Assembly (NCBI GenBank): GCA_030704615.1
Contig: CM060732.1
Location: 37,696,001-37,760,000 of the forward strand
From: Takakia lepidozioides
Lineage: Eukaryota > Plantae > Bryophyta
Direction: 5' to 3'
Length of the DNA: 64,000 nt
Both the position numbers and the translations under genes were made by a program. Positions 27,286 through 39,729 of this stretch are shown here, piece after piece. The notes below the pieces were generated by a model, which did no database searches, was not told the DNA's origin, and was given only the letters and a program-made list of their open reading frames with translations. Position 1 is the first letter of the stretch. Every line of letters starts with the position of its first letter.

Positions 27286-29065
27286 TGAGGGCACCTTCCT
27301 CTTCAACTCATGTTTTCCTTCTTACCGAGTCGTCCCTAGTTTTCCATGTTGAAGTCTATAAGTTAGCTGGTTTTGTCGATCTATGGTGGTTTGGAGACAT
27401 GTAATTACTCCATGGCGAAGGAAAGTATCCAAAAACAAATAATAAAGATGAGGAGAAGCTTTGGAAGGAATGTTTTTCAGACACCAATCAATGGGTGGGA
27501 TAATGAAATAAAAAAGGTGAATGCCTACTAGATTATAGAGAGCAGCAGTAACATGATATTAACAAGCAAAGTTTTGTTAAAAATTGTCATCAGCTCTGGA
27601 AATGGACAAAATGGTGCATGGTGACATTGTCAAAGCTAGAATTGTACCAGATGACAGTCTGAACACTGCCCTAGATCGCCTGTCCCTTTGCTTCCTCAAT
27701 GTGGGCCCAAGCTACATCCTTGTATGTTATATGGGACAGTTCCCTTACTTACCCTGCATCTGCCTTGCTCCTTAATATCAAAGATGGTACCATTTTCTGT
27801 CCTTGCCTTGTTTGGGTGGCTCTCCGTGGCATGGTGCTCTGGCATATCTGGAAAATATGCCGCTCTATTCTTTTTCAAAGTTCTATTCCTTGTTTGCAAA
27901 AGGCTCTATGCTTAGCTCACTCAGACTTATTGTCTGAAGCTCGTAAGACATGGATTGTTCTTATGGTAGCTATTTTCAAGTGCAATGTCAACAGGAAAAA
28001 TCAGCTTCTTGCATGATTCGACAACACCTGGGGGAAAACATGGAGTCTTCTGCCGGAGACTTTCAGAATCTAGAATTGACTGGAACAACTCTGTCCCTAC
28101 CTGCTGGCAGCGTTAGTGCCAGAATTTCTCCTTTGGATGCGGAAGATGGGGAGGTGAACTGGAGGGACAAGTGCAACATTCAGAAAAGAAAATCCAATGC
28201 CTACTTGTCCTTTGAAGCTCCAAAGAGGAAACAAGGCTGCATTTTGTAATAGTATTAGCCTTGTGATATTCCTTTTCATAGATAGCTAGTTTGGTGCTCC
28301 TCATGGTAGATTGATGCTTGTGTTTCAGGTTGATCTCTTGCCTTGGGTAGTTCAGATTTTAGGCTGCTCTACTTCTGTTCTTTGATGTCTTGACAAGGGG
28401 GCCGGACCGGGCTTTTTGAGTTGCATTGAAATCGTTGAATCGTCGGCAGCAGCCAGGAGTCTGTCATTTCCAGGCCAAGAATAAGATCACAAATTGTAGC
28501 CTTGGCAATTTTGGTATTGGTACTACAAGGATGCAATGCCACTTGTGGGCTTTGTTCTGATGGATATGGGCAGCTTTTTGATGATGCTACGGCGGAATTT
28601 TGACGATGCGCCTGGCGTCAATTCCTCGTGTGAGAGCAGTTCTGTACAGGATGGCAAGCCCTAAGTTTGGTTGCACATAGATTAAAGGGGAGGTTTTGAT
28701 GGATTTTCTTTTTCTGGTTTTGGTACTTAGTTCGAAGGTCGTGCTTACAAATGAAAGCTCGAGTAACTAGTCCGAGGAGCTCAACGTTGGTACTACTACG
28801 AAGATACCTGCAACAACACCCATCAACTTGTAGTATAGACGGACGATCTTGTCACCTCCACCCTGCTCTTGAGCAAGCATGTACAGAAGTGTATTTCATG
28901 CCAAGTAATCAGAGCTCTGGGCAACAAAGAGAACCAACAGTGCCAGAACCAGGCTACACGAGTAGAACGAACTCCGAGCGTAGCTAGTTGGGTGCGAAAG
29001 TGTTACTCTCAAACCAAATTAATACGACAAGGGAGGCAAAGAAGAAGGATCCGCAGCGGTAAGAG

Positions 29066-29710
29066 CGGTGCTCGTTTCTAAGGTGCGCTCGTTTCTACAC
29101 GGCTCTTGTTTCCACATGGTGCTCGTCTCTAAGTTGGTGAGCTTGTTTCTACATGTGCTCGTTTCTAAGGTGCGCTCGTTTCTACTTGTGCTCTTTTCTA
29201 AGCTAGTGCGCTGGTGTCCACATGCCGCTCATTTCCAAGGTACGCTCGTTTCTATGCTAGTGCGCTCGTGTCCACACGGCGCTCGTTTCTAAGCTGGTGC
29301 GCTCGTTGTCTGCGGTGCTCCTTTCTAAGGTGCGCTCGCTTCTACCGGTGCTCGTTTCTAAGCTAGTGCGCTCGTTTCCACATGGCGCTCGTTCTCTACT
29401 GTGCTCGTTTCTAAGCTGGTGCGCTCGTTCTACCGGTGCTCGTTTCTAAGCTAGTGCGCTCGTTTCCACATGGCGCTCGTTCTCTACTGTGCTCGTTTCT
29501 AAGCTGGTGCGCTCGTGTCCACACGGTGCTCGTTCTAAGCTGGTGCGCTCGTTCTACCGGTGCTTGTTTCTAAGCTAGTGCGCTCGTTTCCACACGGTGC
29601 TTGTTTCTACACGATGTTCCTGTGTAGGGTGCTCTGTAGGGTCTCATGTCTAGTGCGCTCATTTCTACATGGGGCTCGTTCCTACACGATGTTCCTGTCT
29701 AGGGTCTACA
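29066..29710 (+). repeat. Degenerate tandem minisatellite, ~15-20 bp units GTGC(G)CTCGTTTCTA/CCAC
   Basis: More than 30 imperfect units with higher-order blocks, e.g. 29341-29420 vs 29429-29508. Confidence 0.9.
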
Positions 29711-29711
29711 C

Positions 29712-30599
29712 CAGTGTTGGGCGGTTACCCGCCTGGCCCCGGGTAACCGCCGGTTCCGGTTATGTGGAACCGGACCCGCCTGTGCAGAACCGGAACCGGA
29801 ACCGCTCATTGGGGATTGTGTGGGAACCGGAACCGGCGGTTCCAGCTACGACCACATGTGTGGGAACCGGCAGTTCCAGCTCCAAAGCGGTTCCGGTTCC
29901 GGTTCCGGTTCCGGTCCACCCGTGGGCTGTAGCCCTAAGTGTCTCTAGTACCTACCAAAGGGCTTCTAAGTCCGGGTCTTGGTTCTTGACCCCTTGGTGG
30001 GGCTGGTGGGCCCAGGCAAAACTTATTTAATGCTCTCAAGCTCCTGAGATCCTGGGTTCAATGCTTGGAGGCCATGAGATTCTATGTTCAATGCTTCAGC
30101 GCCATGAGATCTTGGGTTCAATCTCCAGCTCCATGATATCCTGGCTAAGTTCATTAATAAAATGTTTGAAGATGCCAATACTTGGTAGCTGAATAGTACT
30201 TTCAACCCATAAAATTTTACCCATTTTCTTCTACCAGTTTATTTAGAGTATTTTTGTTTGTTTTTTTGTGTTAGTGAAAACTAACAAAATCGTTGGATTT
30301 TAGTTCAAATATGTGAATACATTGCTATTTAATCTACCGGACTGATAAAATATTTTAAATCTAATTAAATTAAACAAATATATTTTTAAAATAGAACCGG
30401 AACCTAACCGGAACCTATGGTTTTTATCAGCAACTAACCGGTAACCGGAACCGCCCCCATGTTTAAAAGTTGGATCCGGAACCGGACCGGAACCAGCTCA
30501 ATAAAAAAAAACCGGAACCGGATCCGGAACCGTCTCTTGAAATAATTGTGGAACCGGAACCGAAGGTTCCTTCACAAATGCAAGAACCGCCCAACATTG
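29712..30599. mobile_element. Non-autonomous hAT element (MITE)
   Basis: TIRs CAGTGTTGGGCGGTT / AACCGCCCAACATTG, a perfect 8-bp TSD GTCTACAC (29704-29711, 30600-30607), subterminal GAACCG/CGGTTC arrays, and an internal 30-bp tandem repeat at ~30040-30145. Confidence 0.93.
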
Positions 30600-31615
30600 G
30601 TCTACACGGTGTATGTCCATGTATACTTTATATACAGAAATAAGTTAAAAAATATAGATTATAATTGAATTGAATTGTGAGTTGACAATTGAATTGAATT
30701 ATAAATTTACAATTCAATTGAATTGTAGTCAACAATTCAAATTAAGGTTGCAAATTAAGGTTGTTTTTGAACTAGTTTTAGCAGTTCAATTGAATTGCGT
30801 ACTTTTAGGGAGGGTGATCAAGTGAATTGCGATGCAGAGAAGTTTGCATGAGAGAATAACTAATTGTTAGGTTTAACGTCATGATCGAACCGTCGCTCTT
30901 GACATGCTGGCATGACACGACGACGACATCGGCAACCACAACGACAAAACTGGTAGAAGCACCGACTAGACATTGGAGACACTGGTTTAACACGAAAGCA
31001 TTGGATTGAGAGCATGAAGGACATGGAGACACCGGGTTGACATGGTGGCATGCCATCTTGTGCTCAGATGGCAGACAGATTTACAGCCATCCCTCATGAT
31101 GTTGGTGATGCTCAACGTGTCTATCTATAGAGGTTGTACAATATATCCACTGAGTTTCACCCATATGAATGCCACCAGCCACCCTAATCCATAAAATAGA
31201 ACAGTTTTCAACGTGCGCCTGACAGGTCGTGGACCTGGAATTAAACTGTTCGAGTTCCGGGCTAATGGATGCCCTAAGAGGGCTCTGAAATGTGTTTCAT
31301 GGAGTGTTGTTGTGTGGCAACTGCAATATGTTAATAACTCTGGTTACCTTCAATACAAACTTTGCGATACACCCTTGCCTTCTTATGATACAGACAGGCA
31401 GGAATCCGTGAACAACTAGTGAATAGAAAACTTTTCCACTGCTCGAGTGTGTCTTTCCTATGTATCTTTCGTGAGATCAGAATAGAAGCGCCAATGGCTT
31501 CCCAGACAATCTCTTCAGCTCTGCTGACTTTCCTCAATGTGTGGATTTTGCCTGTGAGCCCAAATGCAAGTGCCAACTTCTCAAATATCAGATGACAAAG
31601 AGGAAATCCTTCATC

Positions 31616-33029
31616 CTACCTGCCAGTCGGAACATAGATGTTCAATGGAAGTACATAAGGTACAGCGCACTGCAGATCACACTTGAGAAGGTAATTCGTT
31701 GCCCGTTCTGCCACCTCCACACCACCATGAATTCTGCGGGCCCCAAGCAAGGCACCCCATACCGAAGCATCTGGTTTGATCGGCATATTGATAATTAAGT
31801 CCTCTGCCTCATCCAATCGCCCTGCACGGTTGAGAAGGTCCACCACACAGGCAAACTGCTCCTTTGTTGGTTTGAGGCCATGATGTCGACTCATAGAAGC
31901 AAAATAGTGATGACCTTCATCCACTAGGCCTGCATGACTACATGCAGAACAGATAGAAAGATGATACTGTCTGGCTTCAGACCCTCCTGCCACATCTGTT
32001 CGAACAGATGCAGGACCTCCCTACTACACCCATGCTGGGCATATCCTGAGATCATGGCACTCCATGAGACCACATCGCGTTTAGCCATGGTGTCAAACAC
32101 TTGATGTGCATCCTTCATGTTTCCACATTTGGGCATACATGCGAGTAAGGGTAGTCTCCAAATTCCTATCTAACGGAATTCCAGCTTTGATGATGTCAGG
32201 ATGGATCTCTTTGCCCTTCTCCAGAGCTCCTAGGCTGGCACACGCATTGAGAATGCAGGCGAATGTGACCTTGTTTGACGCCACACCTTCCCATTGCATT
32301 TGCTTATATATCTCAAAAGCCTCCCCACCACAACCATGTTGGGCATATCCTGCAATCATTGTAGTCCATGAGACCACATCTCGTTGAGTCATAGTGTCAA
32401 ATACACGGCATGCACCCCTAAAGTCCCCACATTTCGCATACATGTTAACAAGGGTATTTTCCAAATGAGTATGTGATGAGATTCCAGATTTCATAATGTC
32501 AGCATGGACCTCTTTGCCCTTTCCCAGGGCCCCTAGGCTGGCACAAGCATTGAGAATGCAGACGAAAGTCACCCTGTTCGGTTTTATCCCTTCCCATTGG
32601 ATTTGCTCGTAGATCTTGAAAGCCTCCCTACCATACCCATGCTTGGCATATCCTGCTATCATTATATTCCAGGTCATCATATCTCGTTCAGGCATTTTGT
32701 CAAGCACTTGGTGTGCATCCCCTATACTCCCGCACTTGGCATACATGAGTAGAAAAGTGTATGCATTGAATCCACTTTGGATGATGTGGACATGCACCTG
32801 TTTCCCTTCTAACTAGGTCTTTCATGTTGATGCACTCTTGCAACACACTGGCGTAAGTGTTGGAGTCTGCTTGAATGCCTCATTGGTTCAAAATATGCAG
32901 AGCCATTTTGAGCCGGCCTGCCTTGTATGGTGGTCTCACATCCCACAAAGTGTCAGACGAGTTTCCCGCTCTTGGTGCTTTTTCGGTGATTGTAGTGCTT
33001 CCTCTGCTGCATGTATTCAACCCTGCCAT
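31616..33029 (-). pseudogene. PLS-class PPR pseudogene, paralog of the gene at 51036
   Basis: Has the same MAGL start and PLS repeats but is split over three or more frames. The TGG of the E-domain GRW motif is TAG, and no DYW domain follows. Confidence 0.9.
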
Positions 33030-33381
33030 TCTGCATGATCAAACACCTGATAAGGATGAGAACATATTGACATAACATTTGATATCTGATTCAAAGCAAA
33101 AACTCTTCATCCAAACTTTAGTTACAACCCCTTAACACTCAACCTCTCACCTTAATATCACAAAGCTCTTAGATACTTCAAATAAACATCTGATGCCGAG
33201 TAGTTTCTTGCATAACCAAGGTTAGGGAACCACTGCAGTCATTTACTTGGAATAATACTTCACATAAAAGTTTCCTCAGGAGGACCGGCTCTAACTATAT
33301 ATATCAATAGGGTTATACAACTACTGCAGCCCTCTCCTATACAGATAATGTACCAATTCTGCAATATTATCAAGAGAATAC

Positions 33382-33899
33382 CCACTATAATCTAGAATTC
33401 CATCGTGTACATCGACATCAGAACAATCGTCAAATTGTGCTCGTATCATGGAAGCTAGCTCTGCTTTCACCCAATGAGGGTTTGACCAATGCTCAATCCA
33501 AAGGACTTCCTTTGGGAGCTTATGCCTGAAGTCTGGTGACCTTGGACCTTTCTGTGAAAACCATCAGTGCAGCTGAGCAGTGATCACAGCTTCCCATAGA
33601 GCAGGCTATAACCGCAACAGTTTCAAGCATCCTTCCAGTACCAAGAACAAACTCAAATAACCCGCTGCACATGATGACAAGGAATCAGTAACATTTCTTT
33701 TTGCTGCTTTCTCGTGAGGAAGAGAAAATCATTACTAGTCAAGTCAACCAACATCTTAATTCCAGTGACAGTCCCTAACTTTGACAAACGTTTTAGTTCT
33801 TGAAAGAAGATAGCCTCATCTTATCAAACCTGTTGTCCCACCACTGTGAAGGGTCAAAGAAGAACTCCTGCCAAAGCTGTTTTATGCTCATTGATTGAC
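33382..33899 (-). pseudogene. Two exons encoding an OSB-type PDF motif (33899-33820 and 33551-33382)
   Basis: IKQLWQEFFFDPSQWWDNRFDK plus KGPRSPDFRHKLPKEVLWIEHWSNPHWVKAEL match the PDF motif of organellar ssDNA-binding (OSB) proteins. The first donor is mutated (ATGAGG). Confidence 0.8.
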
Positions 33900-34318
33900 C
33901 TGTGTGCAACAAATGTAAAAACTAGAGAACTTCGCCAGCTGCCAATTCCCCTGTTTCTACGGAGGAGGATTTCTCTAGTTACTTTGGACTAATTCTCTGC
34001 CTCATGCATACAAGTGGTGTAAAGAAAGACCGTGCACGTGATTTTAGTAGTTTTGGATAACGTAGTCAGCGAGGCCAGCATCAATATTGAAATGATGATG
34101 AATTACCCTTATTAAACTCATGTGAAATCCGGAAGAATAATCCGAAATGCAAGCGTCTGCACGATCTTAGAGCTATGCATTTTTAGTACAGCTCACGTAA
34201 ATGTTGTGCACACAGATCATCCATACATATGTAAATACGATCATATCAGTTGTTAGCGTGAAGAGTAAGACATGATCAAAACTGAACTGAAAATGATTTG
34301 GTAATGCAGGGGTCTCAC

Positions 34319-35008
34319 CTTTTTCCATCCATTCTATGAGTCTCTTCGATTCGATGTCCGTGGGCATCAGCTTCTTGACTTACATTTCTGTCACTAAAAT
34401 TCAGAACTGCAGCAATCGCAACGAGGATCCTGTATAATAAAGTGGGACTGTTTCTTGAAAGTTCTTGAGATCAGACCTTACAGGCACGTCATTCCGAGCT
34501 TCAGGGTTCGACATCTACAGAAGATTCAAAGGAGTCAACTGATGCATTCATCGACTTCCGAATCACTGATCAACAGTTATGCACAGGTGCCACTACTACG
34601 TCCCCTTCAGAGATATAACTTTTGACGATAGACGGACATCGGTCAAAAACGTACCAAGTGCGGGAACATTCTTGTCCTCAAAGTACTTGTCGGGAAACAG
34701 ACCCCTGATGTAGCATATGTTGAACACTGCGATGCGTAGAAGATTTCGAGTCTGGATTGGACAAGAAACGGTCGACCACATTAATTGTATGATAATTTCT
34801 AATTCGGCGTTATGCTGAAGACAACTACCTAATTGCAACATAGACTTAAGGGAAATCAAAAGATCAGCTGCAAACTGCTTGAATTAGTCGACTCCATTTG
34901 TACGTACCAGTTGCAATGACTCTAGCTTTGCAATTGTTACAGCCTCCGGCCTCATACCTGTGCGTGATGTGTTGGCGCATGGTTCCTTCTTGTGTATAGC
35001 TCTACTGC
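34319..35008 (-). pseudogene. ASY1: ASY1/HOP1-like HORMA-domain N-terminal exons (35008-34908, 34751-34655, 34387-34319)
   Basis: Reads ESLQL|[32 protein letters not shown]|EM*VKKLMPTDIESKRLIEWMEKG, with an in-frame TAA at 34382-34380. The rest of the HORMA domain was not found. Confidence 0.85.
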
Positions 35009-36035
35009 CTGCAGCATACGCACTGCTCACGGGAGTGAAAGATCAAATGTCAGGGCCACATGAATGTGAATTCTTGCTCTTCCTACATTCGCACATGCCT
35101 TGTCAAGTTAACATGTGACATGCAATACTGGGATAATGTCCAGAATTTGAAGTATATACATTCCCTTGTTTTCATCAAGTGATGGCACCAAGTAGGAGAA
35201 AGTACACCTCCGGGACATTCGCAACCAGCATGTCATGGGCAATACACAGACTTGCAGGCAACTATAAGATTGGATATGACATGCTAGAATTCTCCATTAC
35301 AACTCCGATCACAAGTCAAGGACAAGGCTAACGAGAGGACTATACCTTCTCAACACAAAGAACAGCTGTGGTAAACAGACATCAAGACAGGGGAGACGCA
35401 GCAAAATGTGCCTTCCTACTCAAGGGAGCTAAAGAGATTCACGGGGCGAAGGGGGACAAAGACAACAATGCAGAGGGGCCGAAAGCGGGAGCAGGGAGGC
35501 TACAGGCCGTAGGCCTTGCTCTCGAATCGCATATCCTGCGAATTGGATCGAATTGAATCCAATCGGAACATATCCCGCGTATCGCGGAGTGAGGCGCCAT
35601 CTGTGAGCTCATGTCATGTTGTGAAGGATAGTACAGGAGCACGAGGGACCTCCCGTCGCTCAATTTTTACGAGTACCTTATCGAGGTTTGAACACCAGCC
35701 TCTTTGAAATGCTGGGTACGTAATTCTGTGACCGTCGGATGCTGAGTAGTACTGGCATATTGCGGCTGTCCATAATGGCGCCATTCACCGTTTTAGCGCG
35801 CCAGTAGGTAAGCGGGTATAGCGGCAAGGTGTTTTTTTGCTTTAAAAGGGATTCACGCTGCTCGGAGGCACTTGTGTTGCTGCTGAGAGAGGAGGGTAGA
35901 CAGCTTGGGGATCTGATGTGTGTTTGACAGATATTAGTTCGGGCAGTGAGAGCTCGCTGCTTGATCCGATTGGGTACACGAGGGAGAGGGGCTACTTGGT
36001 TGCTCTAGGCTGAAGCGAAGGAGGTGGTCAGAGTG

Positions 36036-36170
36036 ATGTGGAGAAAGCTGGAATCCCTGATGGTTTTTGTCATGGTTTCCATCATGATTGCTCATGCGCT
36101 GGGAGGAGCAAAACGCTTACATCAGAAACATGTGGTTCAACCTCTTGTCTATGGTTGCACGGAGTACATG
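36036..36170 (+). other. Possible first exon or small ORF with a signal peptide
   Basis: MWRKLESLMVFVMVSIMIAHALGGAKRLHQKHVVQPLVYGCTEYM followed by a donor-like GTATGC. No downstream exon identified. Confidence 0.3.
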
Positions 36171-38631
36171 GTATGCTTCACCACCTGATTAGATACCTGA
36201 TTAAGTCCATGTGAGTCGTCTTGTTGTACCGTAGATGTTGATAACTTGTGCATCCGAAACTCACTAATCTTTGAAGTACAAGCTGCTACTAAGCCTTGGT
36301 AGAGCTCTCGTGATCAAGCGCGACCAACATCAAGTTGCTTCATCTGATAACGTCGGCACGAACAAATAGCGGACTGGCAATCTACGGGTAAGCTTGCATG
36401 ACAATGACATATTACCGGTAGGGCCAGAGAAGTCTTCAAGAACCGTGACAATGAATTCTACGAACATAGACTGATGTGTGGGCAATAAATTTAGAATTCA
36501 AGATGTATCTTTAGAGCAGCTTTCTGTACTGACTATGACATCGGATGTTGTGGTGAATTGTAAGAGCCTATTGCTCACGATGGTTCAATTCAATCGAGGT
36601 TATTTCTCACCTAGGCAAAGAAGTTAGCCTTGGAGTTTCGTCACACACACGCGGACCAGCTTGCGAGGAGCGAAGGCAATTTTGATGGACCGGCTCGCGA
36701 GGAGCTGAGGACAATTTTGATTAGCCTCTAGTGACTCTTCAGAGATCACAACTCTACAAAAACATTTTGTAAAATTTTGTGTGGCTAGTTTCTATCTAGC
36801 TCGATAGTGGTAGTAAATAGGACTTAGCTTGAGCTTACGTAGGAGAAGCAAGATAGCACGGGAGACCACTCGTCGCTGGAGCTCGACAGATTGATATTTG
36901 TTCCTATGATCCACCGCTACATTCCCAATAAACCGCATTCGGAGCAGTGCACGTCGGCCATGGTGTGTTCCCATGGAACCCGGGCGTCAAAACCCGCCAT
37001 CTACATCGTCCAAGAGCCGACACCTGAAGGTCCCGTCCAAGAGCCCAAGTTATGGAACTAGCATGGCCTGTGTTCCCCTGGAACCGGGGTGTCCCCTGAC
37101 CTGACAGTCCGACTGTGTCCAACAGCCTTATTCGGACGACATGGCGCGGGGCAAAGCCTGCCCGTTCCTATCGTGTGGCTTCTTGGAGATGCGGGTCTCC
37201 GGGCCGTTGTCACCCCACCCTTTCTGCAGAGACAGGGAGGAGCAGCAAGGATTGGAACCGGCGTTTGCGACCACGCCATTATGACTGCCAGTAACAGCAG
37301 TATGCGCTGAGCAGCTTCCGCGATGATGCACAAGTGGGCTCTGCCTCTGCAATGTTCGCTTGGAAAGATAACAGGAAGAACCAATAGCATTCTAAAATCT
37401 TTAATAGTGAGTCCCGGGTAAGACTTGGGGTTGGGGAGGATTTCCCCCCACCGGAATCTGGCAATAGTAGAGTCAAATGGCATGATGTTACATTATTGCC
37501 ATTGTTTTCCAACAAAAGTAAGCCCTTGGAGTGCTCGGGTACACCTACCTACCTAGCCTGCCTCCCATCCCTCTAACTTGTGATCAAACAACACAAGCTT
37601 CGTGTGGGGCTGACAAGATTTGTAGGACCCTCTTGATCATCACATGTTGGGTTACTGGATTGGGATAATTGCCCTCAATTTCTGGCTGTTCGCACTAGTG
37701 TGGAGCTATGGCAGCTGGATGTTGTTTGTGCTCAGATTCAGGGTGTAGAGTGATTGCCTTCTTCTGCTGCTCATGACACTTGTTTGAGTTGTCAAAAGGA
37801 AGGAGAAATGCAATTCTGGGTTGCAATGAAAAACAGAATTTCAATTTCCTAGTTGCATGCAAGGGAATCGGAGCTAACATGTGGGCGGGGCTGTAAGTTA
37901 ACTGTGATTAGAATCTGTTTATCAAGGTTGAAGATGCAAGATCATAAGACGAGATCAGAAGAGGTGCCAGGCCGCTTTTCTCCATTAGCTCCTGCTCATT
38001 CTTTCGGAGCATGTCTCAATCAGACAGGATATCATGCTTTGTTGCTTGAATGCATCTTAGCAAAATCTTACTATAGAATTGTCTGCTTTATACAAAACGA
38101 ATGAACGTCTGCGCGATGTGAAGCGAGCAGACGAACACATAGGCTTCTGTGTGATCTGCCTGTCCGTGATGGTTGGCCGCATCGCTGGGCACCCAAGCTT
38201 GTCCTTCTATCTGTGGCTGCCATGGACCACTTTTCAGACCCCTTTTTGTATGGTATGCATCATGGGTTGGGGCTAGAAGGCAGTTTCTTGCTGGGGGGAA
38301 GTTTGGGGCTAGTTATGATTATGGAGAAGGCTTACTTTTGGAGATCTTAGGGTAGTCTGATTCCACAGATATTAGATCTTTGGAATTTTCTAATCTGTTT
38401 GTAGATCTTGGACTAACTTGGTGGTGTGTAGAAAAGACCATCTCTCCTCTGCCATCTGTTTGCTTGACTGTGCTGGGACTTGGATAGTATGACTGGTTAG
38501 GGATAAAATCATCTGCATGTTCTGAAGAGTCGTGCTTCTTCGTCAACAACCTGTCGGGTGCATATCGTTTGGAATTCGGAGGGTGGATTCTGGCATAGGT
38601 TAAAGTGATAGCACAAACCCAGTCGAGAAAG

Positions 38632-39729
38632 ATGGAAGGATTGAGTGACGATGAAGTAGGGCAAATCTTGCAGAGAGTGAAAAGCAGGGCAGATCGCAGG
38701 GCATGTGCACAGGTGTGTGCGCAGTGGCACAGGGTAGAAGGCTTCACGCGGTCAGCGCTGCGGGTACTGGACCCCCAATTCTTGCAATCCTACCTTCCCC
38801 ACTTTCCGAATCTTCTTACCCTTGAGGCGACCACGGGTATTTGTGACAGCGACCTCGCATGCATCGGAGAGCAGTGCCAGAGCCTTCAAATCCTGAACCT
38901 GAATCTCAATAGATGGAGGCGAGTGATGGATTTAGATAGCTTTGACGACGTCCATGGTTACGATGGTGTCGGGGATTCAGGCTTGGAGGCCATTGCTGCA
39001 GGCTGTAAAGACTTGCAGCATATCAGTCTGAGGTGGCGACAAGGCATAGGCGACATCGGGGTCAGTGCGTTGGCTAGGAATTGTCATTCTCTGGTGCAAC
39101 TAGATTTTGCTCACTGCAAACGAATCACTGATCAAGCACTGGAAGCACTGAGTTCGGCCCCTTCAGTGCAGGTGCTCATCCTCCGAAGCTGTACGTTGAT
39201 CTCCGACTGGGGAATTGGGCTTCTAGGACGCGGCCGGATTGCCAGAACCTTGAGGCGTCTTGATCTGTGCGAGTGTGACCAACTTACCGATGGGGGAATA
39301 GTGCTTTTGCAGCTGTTGCCAGTGTTGCAAATTTTGAATTTGGCTGAGTGCGGGGCAAGAATTACAGACCTTGGAGGGGTGGCAATTGCAGGCATCTGCA
39401 CTTTGCAGAGTGTAAATCTTGCATGGCTTGTCAACATAACAGATGTCTCATTGCTGGCATTTGGGCAGAATTGTTTGGACCTAAGGGAGGTCAATTTGAG
39501 CGGCTGTGAATTGGTCACTGGGGTAGGGCTTCGAGCCTTCTCTCGACACGGTGCATTACAGGCTCTGACTCTGTCAGCCTGCTTTAACATTTATAGTGAC
39601 GATGTGGATCAAACAGTAACCTCTTGCTTGGGATTAGAATATTTGGGTCTTGATCGGACTTTAAGACCTTGGATGCCTGCAGACTCGCTAGAGAGACTTC
39701 AAAATCGCTGCCAAATTGAATGGCTATGA
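38632..39729 (+). CDS. Intronless F-box/LRR-repeat (AMN1/RNI-like) protein, 365 aa
   Basis: N-terminal F-box-like LSDDEVGQILQRV...ACAQVCAQW, then repeated LxxLxLxxCxxITDxG units. Confidence 0.9.
   Translation: MEGLSDDEVGQILQRVKSRADRRACAQVCAQWHRVEGFTRSALRVLDPQFLQSYLPHFPNLLTLEATTGICDSDLACIGEQCQSLQILNLNLNRWRRVMDLDSFDDVHGYDGVGDSGLEAIAAGCKDLQHISLRWRQGIGDIGVSALARNCHSLVQLDFAHCKRITDQALEALSSAPSVQVLILRSCTLISDWGIGLLGRGRIARTLRRLDLCECDQLTDGGIVLLQLLPVLQILNLAECGARITDLGGVAIAGICTLQSVNLAWLVNITDVSLLAFGQNCLDLREVNLSGCELVTGVGLRAFSRHGALQALTLSACFNIYSDDVDQTVTSCLGLEYLGLDRTLRPWMPADSLERLQNRCQIEWL

Noticed and set aside
29066-29710. CRISPR-like periodic array
   Set aside because: The units are contiguous and degenerate with no unique spacers, there are no cas genes, and the context is eukaryotic. 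It is a minisatellite.
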